Shown here: positions 1 through 12,820 of the stretch, piece after piece | Position numbering within the stretch: the first letter of the stretch is position 1 | Layout of the letters: every line of letters starts with the position of its first letter | Assembly: GCA_951406725.2 (NCBI GenBank) | Contig: OX597830.1 | Coordinates: forward strand, 16,616,001 to 16,680,000 | Origin: Octopus vulgaris | Taxonomy: Eukaryota | Direction: 5' to 3' | Length of the DNA: 64,000 nt | Program-made: the position numbers and the translations under genes | The notes under the pieces: model-generated | Told to the model about the DNA's origin: nothing | Seen by the model: the letters and a program-made list of their open reading frames with translations, nothing else | Databases searched by the model: none

Positions 1-90
1 TTTCTCTCTCTCTCTTTATCTATCTCTGTCTCTCTCTCTCTCTCTCTTCATCCCTCTCGTTTCTCACTTTGATTGCGGTATATTTACTTA

Positions 91-465
<375 letters not shown>

Positions 466-473
466 CTATCAGC

Positions 474-560
474 AAAATGGCAGCTAGTGAAAAGGAAAAC
501 AACTTACCCTGTACCTAACTGTTTACATCACAGCTGAGTCTACCCAGCATGCACTGCTGC
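474..560 (-). promoter_or_regulatory. Putative FoxK proximal promoter/5'UTR with ZNF143/Staf-like, forkhead, E-box and YY1-like motifs
   Basis: TACCCAGCATGCACTG at 541-556 (ZNF143/Staf-like), TGTTTAC at 520-526 (forkhead consensus), CAGCTG at 531-536, AAAATGGC at 474-481; all in unique sequence just upstream of the ATG. Confidence 0.5.
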
Positions 561-1394
561 TCTGCCTCTCCCACAACCATAGACACACTCACTCATAGAG
601 GGGCCGCTCACAACCACACAGACACTCACACACAACACTTACACTCACAAACAGAATCATAACAACCACAAACACACACTTTTCGTATAAACAATTAAAA
701 AAATATTCTTTGCGATATTTAACAAACATATTTATCTTCGTGTTTCGTTTCTGTAATTAATAATTAATACTCCCGATGTTTTGCTTTATCAACCAATAAT
801 TGACAGATGGATAGCATCGTATGTATGTATACATGCTAGCATAAACAATTGTGTATGTACCTTTATGCATACACAAATACATGTGTATGTGTGTGTGTGC
901 GCTTGTATAATTATATGTACATGTATGTATGTATGCGTAATAATTTCTTGCGCGCGTGCGTGTATGTAGAAGTACATGCACATGTGAGTGCAGTGTACAT
1001 ACTGCTATGCGAAGTATCTATGGAAATATACGATGAAAACAACAATAATAAGTATTTTTGATGTGGCATTAAAATACATATTTTAAAATATGTTTCTCCA
1101 AATTCTTATTTACTAAAATTCAAAAGCTGAAAGTGGAAAATGAAACGTACTTGACGATAAATTCCTAGAAAGAAAGAAATAGGACGAAAATAAAAACGGT
1201 TTTAGACCGGTTTATTTCATCATGCTTGTCGATATTTCTTCTCTTGAATCTATGCATGAATGCATTATGTAAGTACGTATGCATGCATGCATGCAAGCAT
1301 ATGTGTGTATGCATGTTTGGTGTGCATAGGCATACATATGTGTGTGCGTATGCATACGTATTTACGTATGTAGGTATGCATGCATACGTCACTA

Positions 1395-1757
1395 ACGGAC
1401 ACACTTCAGCCTCTGGTCCACAGACATGTTACCTCCTCTATCTTTTGCTGTTGCTACAATAAAAGCCTCTTTGTAGCTCCACCACTCGGTTACCCCGTCC
1501 CACTCGTCTCTGCCCCCATCGGCACACTTGGGGCATCTAATCACCCTTCCCCGCGCTTACCCCCATGCTAAATGCTTCGTGCTCCCCCAGAACGTCGCGG
1601 CCTTCTGGAATCTGCTCATGTCTTTTCCTGCAGATGTTGATTTGCAACGCTTTAAACGTAACCTTAACAGTATTAATCTCAACCAGCCTCGGAGACCCAG
1701 CAAGTATCATGGGGGCTCTACCCGTTCTTCTAGACTCTGCAAGTGCAAAAAAGAAAC
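1395..1757 (+). mobile_element. 3' end fragment of a CR1/Jockey-group LINE
   Basis: Degenerate ORF2 C-terminus (HRHVTSSIFCCCYN...FWNLL.SFPADVDLQRFKRNLNSINL*), then a short UTR and an A-rich tail. Confidence 0.6.
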
Positions 1758-2014
1758 ATACACACATGCATACACATACATATATCTATACATACACATA
1801 TGCATACATATACGTATGTGTGTGTGCGTCTATGTGTATGCATGACAGTCAACAAAAGTAATAAATAAAAGCTGAATAAAGGAAGAACTAAGGAAAACAG
1901 ATTTCTGAAGTTATATTCGTCCATTGGTGATCAAGGTATCAATGTACATGATGGCTTCAACCTTACAGCACCTTAACAAAAATGTATGTAGATATACATA
2001 CATACATACATGTA

Positions 2015-2047
<33 letters not shown>

Positions 2048-2217
2048 TATTTATATGTATGTATCATCATCATCGTTTAACATACTGGCATAGTTTGGAC
2101 AGTTTGATTAGAGCTGGACAGCTGCACCAGGTTCCAACCTGATTTGGCTTGGTTTCTATGACTAGATGCCCTTCCTAACACAAAGGTCATACCTAATGCT
2201 ATATATACTGTATATAT

Positions 2218-2665
2218 CATCATCATCATTGTTTAACGTCCGCTTTCCATGCTAGCATGGGTTGGACGATTTGACTGAGGTCTAGCAAACCAGATGGCTG
2301 CACCAGGCACCAATCTTGATCTGGCAGAGTTTCTACAGCTGGATGCCCTTCCTAACGCCAACCACTCTGAGAGTATAGTGGGTGCTTTTACGTGCCACTG
2401 GCACGAGGGCCAGTCAGGTGGTACTGGCAACGGCCACATTCAAATGGTGCTTTTTATGTGCTACTTGCACAGGAGTCAGTCCAGCGGCACTGGCAACGAC
2501 CTCACTCGAATGTTTTTTCACGTGCCACCAGCACAAGTGCCAGTAAGGCGACACAGGTAACAATCACACTCAAATGGTGTTTTTTTACATGCTGCTGGCA
2601 CGGAGGACCGCTCGTATGGTACTCTTTGCGCTCCACTTACATGGATGCCAGTCATTGAATTTGAT
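2218..2665 (-). mobile_element. SINE type C (GCGTTAGGAAGGGCATCCAGC core, tail CATGGAAAGCGGACGTTAAAC(GAT)n; MetaSINE-like); relatives at ~2063-2180, 4119-4625, 10020-10925(+), 15063-15250, 35835-36050, 36535-36915
   Basis: Several similar copies in the window with an (ATG)n tail. The copy at 4119-4625 has TSD TTTTGCTCACCT. The family name is from memory. Confidence 0.8.
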
Positions 2666-2796
2666 TTCAATTTCACTTGCCTATGGGAAATGTTTTGAAT
2701 ATGCAAATGAAGCTCCTATTTCATTATGCCAGCCAAAGTCTAATGATGCTGACTAGCAAACCAGTTTTTGGGATTGCATCAAGCTGTACCAATATA

Positions 2797-4888
2797 CAAG
2801 GGGGTACCCAAAAGTAACTGGAAATGTTCTCTGTGGGACAAGCCCGTAGTATTTCAGGTTTCCACTGCTAGTAGCCACTTGATGTGACCCTCAGGCATCA
2901 GTCTGCTGACTGGCCTCATCGATTGTAGTCGTACTGCCACATGGTGCGTCTTTGTTTTGCAGAGCATCTCCCTGTTCATTGATTTTTGCGATGACTGACA
3001 TGAAAGGACAGTGTGCTTCCGAGTAATTCTGCTTTCTTATTTTTTTATTGCCCACAAGGGGCTAAAACATAGAGGGGACAAACAAGGACAGACAAAGGAA
3101 TTAAGTCGATTACATCGACCCCAGTGCGTAACTGGTACTTAATTTATCGACCCTGAAAAGATGAAAGGCAATGTCGACCTCAGCAGAATTTGAACTCAGA
3201 ACGTAACAGCAGACGAAATACTGCTAACCATTTCACCCAGCGTGCTAATGATTCTGTCAGATTACCGGGGAATTCTGCCAGAATAGGGGAAATTCTGCTT
3301 TCTACTAGGGAAAAGGGCAGCTGAAACAGTTATCATGCTTCAAACAGCTTACAAGGAAGTTGCCATATGCAAAACACAAGTTTATGAATGGTTTTCATGC
3401 ATTAGGAATGATTACTTGTCGCTTGAAAACCAACTTTGTTCAAGGTGACCATCGACCTCCTGAACGAATGAAAGCATCATGAAAATTCATGAACTTATCT
3501 TAGGCAAACAATTGAGGAACTTGTTGATATGATTGGTGTGTCCTGGAGCTCCTGCCAATGAATTTCGAGCAAGGAATTGCAAATGAAAGGAGTTGCAATA
3601 AAATTTGTGCCTCGCTTGATCACGGAAGATTAAAAGCAGTCACAACTAAATACGTGTCAGGAACTGAAAGAACAGCTGAAAGTTGATCTGGATGTTTTTC
3701 AAAAGTCATCAGTGGGGACAAAAACTGGTGCTACAGCTACAACCCGGAAACAAAGCAGCAATCAAATTAATGGAAGCATTTGATGTCACCACACCCTCGA
3801 AAAGTGTGTCACATGAAGTCCAATGTCAAGACAACGGTGATTTGTTTCATCAATGCGAAAGGAAAATTTGTTCCTTCTGGTCAAACTGTTAACCAGACAT
3901 TTTACTTGGCTGTTCTGAAGAATTTGCAAGACTCAGTGAGATGAAAATGACCCGACCTGTGTCAAAGTGGAAAGTGGTGGTTTCATCACAACAATGCTCC
4001 TGCATAGACCGCCTTCAGTGTGAGCCAATTTTTGACCAAAAATGGCAAGACCATGCTTACCCACCCTCCCTATTTACCCAATCTTGCTCCCAGTGAGTTT
4101 TTTTTTTTTGCTCACCTCATCATCATCATCATCATTTAACGTCCGCTTTCCATGCTAGCATGGGTTGGACGATGTTGACTGAGGGCTGGCGAACCAGATG
4201 GCTGCACCAGGCTCCAATCTTGATCTGGTAGTTTCTACAGCTGGATGCCCTTCCTAATGCCAACCACTCCGAGAGTGTAGTGGGTGCTTTTTACATACCA
4301 CCAGCACGGGGGCCAGTCAGGCATCACTGGCAACGACCTCACTCGAATCTTTTTACATGTGCTACCGGCACAGGTGCCAGTGAAGCGATGTTGGTAAGGA
4401 TCACACTCGAATGGTGCCCTTTTACGTGCCACGGGTACGGAAGCCAGTTGGCTGTTCTTGCAACGATCACACTCGGATGGTGCTCTTGGCACCCTACTAG
4501 CACAGGCATAAGTGTCAGTAAGACAACGCTGGTAATGATCATACTTGAATGGCTGCTCTGTCAACTATCACACTCGTATGGTGCTCTTTGCACCCCGCTA
4601 GCACGGATGCCAGTCATCGAATTGATTTTGCTCACCTGTATGAAAAGAGTCCTTAAAGGAAAACGTTTTGCAGATGTGAAAGAGGTGAAGAAAAAAAACC
4701 ACAGTGGTGTTAAAAGGCATCACTTTGTAAGAATTCCAGGACTGCTTCTTTGAACATTGGAAAACATGCTAAGACCAACGCATTGCTTCAAATGGAGAAT
4801 ACTTTCAGGCCAATAAATGTGCAAACATGTAAAACTAAGTGAATAAGATAATATTGCGAAATTCTGGTTTCTTTTTGGTACCCCCTTG
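2797..4888 (+). mobile_element. Decayed mariner transposon with two nested SINEs
   Basis: TA-flanked TIRs CAAGGGGGTACC.AAAA at 2797 and 4888. Broken transposase (KTQVYEWFS, KFVPRLIT, HHNNAPA, HPPYLPNLAPSEF, KGKRFADVKEVK). SINEs at ~3037-3290 (TSD AATTCTGCTTTCT) and 4119-4625. Confidence 0.9.
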
Positions 4889-6487
4889 TAATGTAGCATA
4901 AATATAGTAATAATAACAATAACAAAAGGCAGCAAGCTGGCAGAGTTCAAATTCTGCCATGGTCGACTTTGCCTTTCATCCTTTCGGGGTCGATAAATTA
5001 AGTACCAGTTATGCACTGGGGTCGATGTAATCGACTTAATCCGTTTGTCTGTCCTTGTTTGTCCCCTCTGTGTTTAGCCCCTTGTGGGTAGTAAAGAAAT
5101 AGGTATTTTGTTTGCCGCTACGTTCTGAGTTCAAATTCTGCCGAGGTCGACTTTGCCTTTCATCCTTTCGGGGTCGATAAATTAAGTACCAGTTATGCAC
5201 TGGGGTCAATGTAATCGACTTAATCTGTTTGTCCCCTCTGTGTTTAGCCCCTTGTAGGCAATAAAGAAATATATAGTAATAATAACAATAATCCTAGGAT
5301 GGAATTTATAAACATTTAATGCATCGCTACACACATTTCTACAAATCCCATGTCCCTTAAGATCACAGTCCGTATTCCTAGGATGATTACAGTGCAGTTT
5401 GTACTATCCAAGGGCATCAGGTAGATTATCTCCATGGATTCATTCCTTCAGGCAATATAACTATTTCTTTACTAAACACAGAGAGGACAAACAAGGACAG
5501 ACTTAGGTATTAAGTCGATTACATTGACCCCAGTGAGTAACTGGTACTTAATTTATCGACCCCGAAAGGAAGAAAGGCAAAGTCGACCTCGGTGGAATTT
5601 GAACTCAGAATGTAACGGCAAACGAAATACCTATTTCTTTATTACCCATAAGGGGTTAAACATAGAGGGGACAAACAGGGACAGACTTAGGTATTAAGTC
5701 GATTACATCGACCCCAGTGCGTAACTGGTACTTAATTTATCAACCCCGAAAGGAAGATAGGTAAAGTCGACCTCGGCGAAATTTGAACTCAGAACGTAAA
5801 GGCAGATGAAATACCGCTAAGCATCTCGCCTGGCATGCCAACGTTTCTGCCAGCTCGCCGCCTTCAGGCAATTATAACATTGGATGTTTACCAGTGGGAT
5901 GGTTATCACTTTTGACCAGTGCGAAGGTTGTGCACTTAACAACTGTAACAATTATACTAACAAACAGGGTAACATGACTCTGAGGTTCTCAGATGTCTGA
6001 TAGACCCATGTCTGTTGTGCTCGTTTTCAATCTGGGGCACTCACTGCAGTAGTCTGCTCTACTTAGTATAATCTTTTATCTTTTACTTCTTTCAGTCATT
6101 TGACTGCGGTCATGCTGGGGCTCCACCTTGAAGAATCAACCCCCACTACTTAATTTTTTTAAGGCATGGTACTTTAACAGTTTCTTTTTGTCAAACCACT
6201 AAGTTACAGGGATGTAAGCATGCAAACACCAGTTATTAGTGGTGGTGTCAGACAAACACACACACACACACACACATACATATAGGTACTGCAAATTTAG
6301 GGTGAATACTTGATAAGTGTAAGCACCTGTATATATGCCAGCTAGTGGCAGAGGTGAGAGGGTATATATCAAATAAAATCAAAAACAGAACACAAAGGAT
6401 GTTGCGGTACACATGTTTCAAGCTTTATAAAGGACCTGTTCTTACATCAGTGTATAATAGATATTAAAGATGGTTTAAAGCTCTCCA

Positions 6488-6720
6488 AGGCGGCGAGCTG
6501 GCAGAAACGTTAGCACGCCGGGCGAAATGCGTAGCCGTATTTCGTCTGCTGTTACGTTCTGAGTTCAAATTCCGCCGAGGTCAACTTTGCCTTTCATCCT
6601 TTCGGGGTCGATAAATTAAGTATCAGTTACGCACTGGGGTCGATGTAATCGACTTAATCCGTTTGTCTGTCCTTGATTGTCCCCTCTGTGTTTGGCCCCT
6701 TGTGGGTAGTAAAAGAAATA
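6488..6720 (+). mobile_element. SINE type A (tRNA-like head, GCCTTTCATCCTTTCGGGGTCGATAAATTAAGTACCAG core; Deu/Nin-like); copies or dimers also at ~3037-3290, 4926-5270, 5462-5862, 14250-14441, 19955-20166, 21757-21900, 28030-28245, 29998-30190, 32789-33140, 33295-33705, 34465-34680, 39922-40126
   Basis: Head GGCGGCGAGCTGGCAGAA...GAGTTCAAATTCC (A/B-box-like). TSD AAGCTCTCCA here; 10-21 bp TSDs at several other copies. Confidence 0.9.
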
Positions 6721-7287
6721 AAGCTCTCCATATATATATATATAATGAGCTTCTTTCAGTTTCTGTCTACCAAATCCACTCACAAGACTTCGGTTGGCCT
6801 CAGGCTGTAGAAGAAGACATTTTCCCAAGGTGCTGTACAGTGGAACTGAACCTGGAACCATTTGGTTACAAAGCAAGCTTATTACCACACAACCACACCT
6901 GGACCTACATATCTATTTCTCTACTGTGCTCAATCCTCACCTGTATCCAATTATATGTCATTATTTTCTTAAAATCAGTGACCTAATCAGATTGAAATGC
7001 CTGTTCATTGAACTGGTATCCATAAAAGATTATATATCATTTCCTTTCATTTCATTTCATCTAGTTTCAGCTCACGAGCTGTGGCCATGCTGGGGCACCG
7101 CCATTCGGTGTTGCTGCATGATTTTACTTCACGAATGCTTTTTTAGCAATTGCCATTTGGTGCATGGGAGTATATTTATGAATATACTCACAATTCATAA
7201 ATTTCCATTCCTAATCTGTATTACAACAAGTGTATGATGAAACATGAAACTCTGAGTAACAGTTTCTGAAATATTTTTCAGCTTTAA

Positions 7288-7560
<273 letters not shown>

Positions 7561-7771
7561 GCATGTGTGTAATATATATTCTTTATTCTTTTATTTGTTT
7601 CAGTCATTTGACTGTGTCCATGCTGGAGCACTGTCTTTAGTCAAACAAATAGATCCCAGGACTTATTCTTTGTGAGCCTAGTACTTATTTTATTGCTCTC
7701 TTTTGTCGAACCGCTAAGTTATGGCGACATAAACACATCAAGTGATGGTGGAGGGACAAACACATACACAT

Positions 7772-7806
<35 letters not shown>

Positions 7807-8015
7807 TAGAGAGAACAATAAAAAAAATGGAGTGGATCAAGAGGTGGCATTCATCAACTTTTAGACATTATATTATGTCAATTTATTTATTTACTAAAAG
7901 GACAATTACAACAATATACATACATGTATAACATATTATGCTTTACATATATAATATATAAAAATATCAGTAATTATTAAAATATATAACATAGACCAAT
8001 AGAAATTGGGAAAAT

Positions 8016-8139
8016 ATCTTACAGCTGTTTCAGCCAAGAGGTAAAAATACTTTATTCTACCTTTATCCCTCCAGTAGACTGAAGTAATTAGTAAATGAAA
8101 TTAAGGTACTTGGGTGTTTCTCTAGGCTTCATCAGAGAT
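8016..8139 (-). ncRNA. Minimal type-I hammerhead ribozyme motif in a Penelope-like terminal-repeat fragment (~7815-8160)
   Basis: Minus strand: ATCT-CTGATGA-AGCCTAGAG...(~80-nt loop)...CTCTTGGCT-GAAA-CAGCTG-TA-AGAT. Core intact, palindromic helix III (ACAGCTGT), GUA triplet. Confidence 0.8.
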
Positions 8140-8356
8140 TTTTAGAAAGTACATGAGGTTAAGTTATAAATATAAATAAATGAATATAAATACACACACA
8201 TATACATACTTATACATATACATATACATACTTATACATATACATACATATACATAAATACATATACCTACACTTAAATGTACATACATATTTGCATGTA
8301 TATGCATACACAAGAATCAATTATTATTATTGTTATTACATGCATTATATTATTCA

Positions 8357-8872
8357 TCTATATATATAAAACTGTAGTTGTGTGAGTGTCTGTCTCCTAC
8401 GATTTAGATTCCTAACTCCTCCCACATTTTGCGGTGCAGTTTAACCAAATTCGGGTATCTTATAGTCGTGATTAATATCGAGCCCGTCTGGCTATTAGCG
8501 CGCGTCTATGATGAGTCTACGATTTAAAAAATAATTTAACATCATTTTTTATTCCATTTTAATGCATAATTTTTGTGTGTCGATGGCAGCGGAGTTGGCG
8601 TCCACGCTCAAACACCTGCACCTGTGTTTGCTTCTCCTCCTTCTTCCCTCCCTCGTGAAGCTGTGGGGAAGGGAGTTTAAGGAAATCAACGTTGTAATGC
8701 GTTGTCAAGGAGACCAGCGTTCTTTTAGAACAACGACTTCATGGCTTGAAGACACCAAAACAAAAATGGATAAGAAAGCCCGAATTGGCATCTATAAAGG
8801 AAGTAACTCTCTAAAAATGCTTATATAGTTATTTCCCTTACAAACCCGAGCAACGCCGGGCGATACTGCTAG
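8357..8872 (+). mobile_element. Non-autonomous Helitron; second copy on the minus strand at ~11339-11730
   Basis: A|TC 5' end, subterminal hairpin CCCGAGCAACGCCGGG, CTAG|T 3' end, no TSD. Confidence 0.8.
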
Positions 8873-8983
8873 TATTAGATAAAATATAAACAGAGGTATG
8901 AGAAAGTTATATTGTAATTTATAAAATCAATATATCTTAAAGTTATTTTAGTTATGTAAAAGTGAAACTGTATATACATGAGG

Positions 8984-9022
<39 letters not shown>

Positions 9023-9121
9023 ACATGAAGGAAGTAAAGAGACACTTTTAATTTTCAAAATCTTTTACTTAATACACAAAGTGAACAATTGAAATGTAAT
9101 AAACAGGTAGGACTACATACT

Positions 9122-9390
9122 TTAGTATTTAGTTGACATTCCGTTTGCAGTTTTTAGTTCAGAATGTCTTTTTGGCATTGAACTGATGAGCTTTGTGATT
9201 GTCTCTTGTGGAATTTCTGCCCACTTTTCACGCAACAATCGAAACAATTCATCTTTAGATTTAGGTTTCTGTCGAGTTTTTCGTACTGCTATATCTAGTA
9301 TACTCCAAAGATTTTCAATTGGGTTCATGTCAGGAGATTGGCTCGGCCAAGGAAGCTTTTTGATCCCATTTTCAGTCAACCATTGGTGAT
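9122..9390 (-). mobile_element. Tc1 (DD34E) transposase C-terminal fragment
   Basis: WPSQSPDMNPIENLWSIL...LISSMPKR...GMSTKY*. Confidence 0.9.
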
Positions 9391-9422
9391 TCCTTTTCGC
9401 TATTTGATGATATATGCATATA

Positions 9423-9830
9423 GGCGCAGGAGTGGCTGTGTGGTAAGTAGCTTGCTTACCAACCACATGGTTCCAGGTTCAGTCCCACTGCGTGGCACCT
9501 TGGGCAAGTGTCTTCTACTATAGCCTCGGGCCGACCAAAGCCTTGTGAGTCGATTTGGTTGACGGAAACTGAAAGAAGCCCGTCGTATATATGTATATAT
9601 ATATATCCGTGTATGTGCTTGTGTGTCTGTGTTTGTCCCCTAGCATTGCTTGACAACCGATGCTGGTGTGTTTATGTCCCCGTCACTTAGCGGTTCAGCA
9701 AAAGAGACCGATAGAATAAGTACTGGGCTTACAAAGATTAAGTCCCGGGGTCGAGTTGCTCGATTAAAGGCGGTGCTCTAGCATGGCCACAGTCAAATGA
9801 CTGAAACAAGTAACAGAGAGTAACAGAGTA
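9423..9830 (+). mobile_element. SINE type B (tRNA head, CORE-like ACCTTGGGCAAGTG, tail GGCGGTGCTCCAGCATGGCCGCAGTCAAATGACTGAAAC); copies at ~21925-22395, 29575-29985, 30243-30645, 31398-31830; fragments at 6075-6270, 6745-6900, 7585-7800, 33960-34170, 37900-38180
   Basis: A-box-like TGGCTGTGTGG and B-box-like GGTTCAGTCCC, internal microsatellite, many similar copies. Confidence 0.88.
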
Positions 9831-9838
9831 TACAGAGT

Positions 9839-9926
9839 CTCTTACAGCTGTTACTAGAATAACCAAGCATGTGGACCATCATATCAAGTGAGGATTCCAT
9901 TGGCTGAGTAACCCATCATCAGAGAG
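9839..9926 (-). ncRNA. Degenerate minimal hammerhead motif (GAAA mutated to GTAA)
   Basis: Minus: CTCT-CTGATGA-TGGG...TCTA-GTAA-CAGCTG-TA-AGAG; same palindromic helix III as the 8016 motif. Confidence 0.55.
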
Positions 9927-10244
9927 GGAGGAGTGAGACTGGTGTAAACCAAACACAGCACTCATAGTATATATCTATTATTTTAAGTTGGTTGATGAAA
10001 ACTCCTTATATATATATATAACCCGTGGCCCCTACCTGGGACGTAGCCAGTCCACCTGTGCATACCTTCCTTCTTGGGACACTTGTGAAGACCTGTTGAG
10101 GCAAGTGAAAACCAAAAACCAAATCAAAATAGATGAACATCAATGGAATTTGTATCTTTGTGGTACCAGTGCTGGTGGCACATAAGAAAACCATCCGAAC
10201 GTGGCCGTAGCCAGTACCGCATCGACCGGCCTCCGTGCTGTGGG

Positions 10245-10757
10245 CACGTAACAAACACCATCCGATTGTGGCCATTCGCCAGCCTCGTCTGGCACCTGTG
10301 TCGGTAGCACATAAAAAACACCATTTGAGCGTGGTCGTTCGCCAGCCTCGTCTGGCCCCTGTGTCGGTGGCACATAAAAAACACCATCCGAGCATGGCCG
10401 TCCGCCAGCCTCGTCTGGCACCTGTGTCGGTGGCACATAAAAAACACCATCCGAGCGTGGCCGTTCGCCAGCCTCGTCTGGCACCTGTGTCGGTGGCACA
10501 TAAAAAACACCATCCGAGCGTGGCCGTTCGCCAGCCTCGTCTGGCACCTGTGTTGGTGGCACATAAAAAACACCATCCGAGCGTGGCCGTTCGCCAGCCT
10601 CGTCTGGCACCTGTGTCGGTGGCACATAAAAAACACCATCCGAGCATGGCCGTCCGCCAGCCTCGTCTGGCACCTGTGTCGGTGGCACGTAACAAACACC
10701 ATCCGATTGTGGCCGTTCGCCAGCCTCGTCTGGCACCTGTGTCGGTGGCACATAAAA
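10245..10757. repeat. 63-bp minisatellite (~8 units) inside a type-C SINE
   Basis: Unit CCGTTCGCCAGCCTCGTCTGGCACCTGTGTCGGTGGCACATAAAAAACACCATCCGAGCGTGG; gives a 21-aa period in the ORF track. Confidence 0.92.
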
Positions 10758-10957
10758 TCACCCACTACACTCTCGGAGTGGTTGGCGTTAGGAAGGGCAT
10801 CCAGCTGTAGAAACACTGCCAGATCTGACTGGCTTGGTGCAGCCTTCGGGGTCCCCAGATCCCAGTTGAACCGTCCAACCCATGCTTGCATGGAAAGCGG
10901 ACGTTAAACGATGATGATGATGATGAAAACTCCTAATATTTTCTCTGTGTGTATGTT

Positions 10958-11004
<47 letters not shown>

Positions 11005-11005
<1 letters not shown>

Positions 11006-11330
11006 CAATAATAACGAAGGGTAAAATTAATTAATTAACTAGTAATCAATAATTTCACCAAATAGAATTCGGCATGAAAAAGGACCATTTCTCGGTAAAC
11101 TTAAGTAATATTTTATAATTAGGGTTCAGCAAAGATTTGCTTTACCACATACCGAAGTTTAGAAATAACAGCCAAAAAACCTTAGCTATTTCCTCTACTT
11201 TAAAAAGCGACTCTCAGAATACAAAGTATTCGAAAACAGAGTAGAGGAAATAGCTAAGGTCTTTTGGCTGCTATTTCTAAACTTCGGTATGTGGTAAAGC
11301 AAATCTTTGCTGAACCCTAATTATAAAATA
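11005..11330. mobile_element. Penelope-like terminal-repeat fragment with an inverted duplication (arms 11109-11199 / 11240-11330)
   Basis: Similar to the 52000-53075 element (TACCACATACCGAA.TTTAGAAATA.CAG, TAGCTATTTC.TCTACT); inserted in (TA)n. Confidence 0.7.
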
Positions 11331-12384
11331 TATATATACTAGCAGTATCGCCCGGCATTGCTCGGGTTTGTAAGGGAAATAACTATATAAGCATTATTAG
11401 AGATGTAAAGTATAATAGCCATCTCAATATGGCTAACCACAAAGGGGGTGGGTGTTACTGTAGCTTTTTACGTTCTGAGATTTAATAAGTTTTTAGAGAG
11501 TTACTTCCCTTATATATGCCTAAAATGCATTAAAAATGGGAAAAATTGATAGTAAATTTTTTTTAAATCGTAGACTCATTGTAGACGTGTGCTAATACCC
11601 AGAAGGGCTCGATATGAATCACGACTATAAGATACCCGGTTTTGGTTAAACTGCATCGCAAAATGTGGGAGTAGTTAGGAATCTAAATCGTAGGAGACAG
11701 ACAGCACACAACCTCTCTTCTATATATATATATATATTACATGTACATACACACATGCACATTTCTACATATTTATTTCCCTTTTACAAGTTAATGTTAT
11801 TTCCATATTTTGGTTATAAAACCTTCATAAGATTGTAAACTAGTTTGGTCTTCCAAGTCATATGCAATTATTTGTGGATCGTCTTACAGGAGGAGCTGTG
11901 CACCCATGGTCTATTAGTATGCCTTTGTTGTATATAAATAAATATTTTTATGAATGATTTGAGTGTGTGGGTGGTAAAAAGAAAATAGTTTTTAAGAGAC
12001 ATAAGTGGTGGGATAAGGAGGGGGAGAGAAAGATAAAAGAGAGAAAAATGAAACATTCATAAAACTGAGGCACAATGGAAAAGATACTCTATGTTAAATT
12101 TAAATTCAATCATGTTTTGTTTTGGAGAGAATTGAAATAAAACTTTCACTTTTTTTATTATAGTAGTAACTATGGAAGACTGGTGGGATTATTATTTGCA
12201 TGACTTAAATATCGGTCGCTGTTTAGTATGTAATGTAGTTACTATAGGTTTACTATTAATACCAATACAGATATACATAGATTTATGTGTTTCTTTGTTG
12301 TAGTTTAATTTTAAAGTTAGTGTTTAATATTTCCTATATTTAGATTGAACGAATGTTGTTATTTTATATTATATTATGGAAGAC

Positions 12385-12820
12385 GGATCTTTTCGGTTTG
12401 AACGGCAGTTTTTAACATAATTTCTGGGTAACTTAAAAATTTTAAACTTCGTATACTGGTAGAATCTGTTTATAAAACATCTTTTTCTCTTTGCTTTTTT
12501 GAGAAAATTCTATTGTTTGTAAGATATTTGTTGATTTTTTTCTTCAATTTCTGCAATTTCAACCAATCACTGACATCCATTGAGGTAAACAACATTCTGT
12601 GCCGTATGAATATGTCCCTCGTTTGAGAAACAGATTGGGTTTATTTACATTTGTGAAGAAAAAAAATACCCTTCCCCCCACCCCTAACTAACCCTAACCC
12701 TAACTATCCCTAACCCTAAAACAGATTGAAATGCAATAGATCGATACTAGGGTCATAATTATGGGTGACAATTTCATATGACACCGCTAGAAAAAACTGC
12801 CATTCAAACCGAAAAGATCC
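12385..12820 (+). mobile_element. MITE with ~29-bp TIR GGATCTTTTCGGTTTGAACGGCAGTTTTT and 8-bp TSD (Merlin-like), internal (CCCTAA)n
   Basis: TIRs at both ends; TSD TGGAAGAC. Confidence 0.9.

Noticed and set aside
10006-10891. Repetitive ORFs in several frames
   Set aside because: Result of a 63-bp minisatellite within a SINE.
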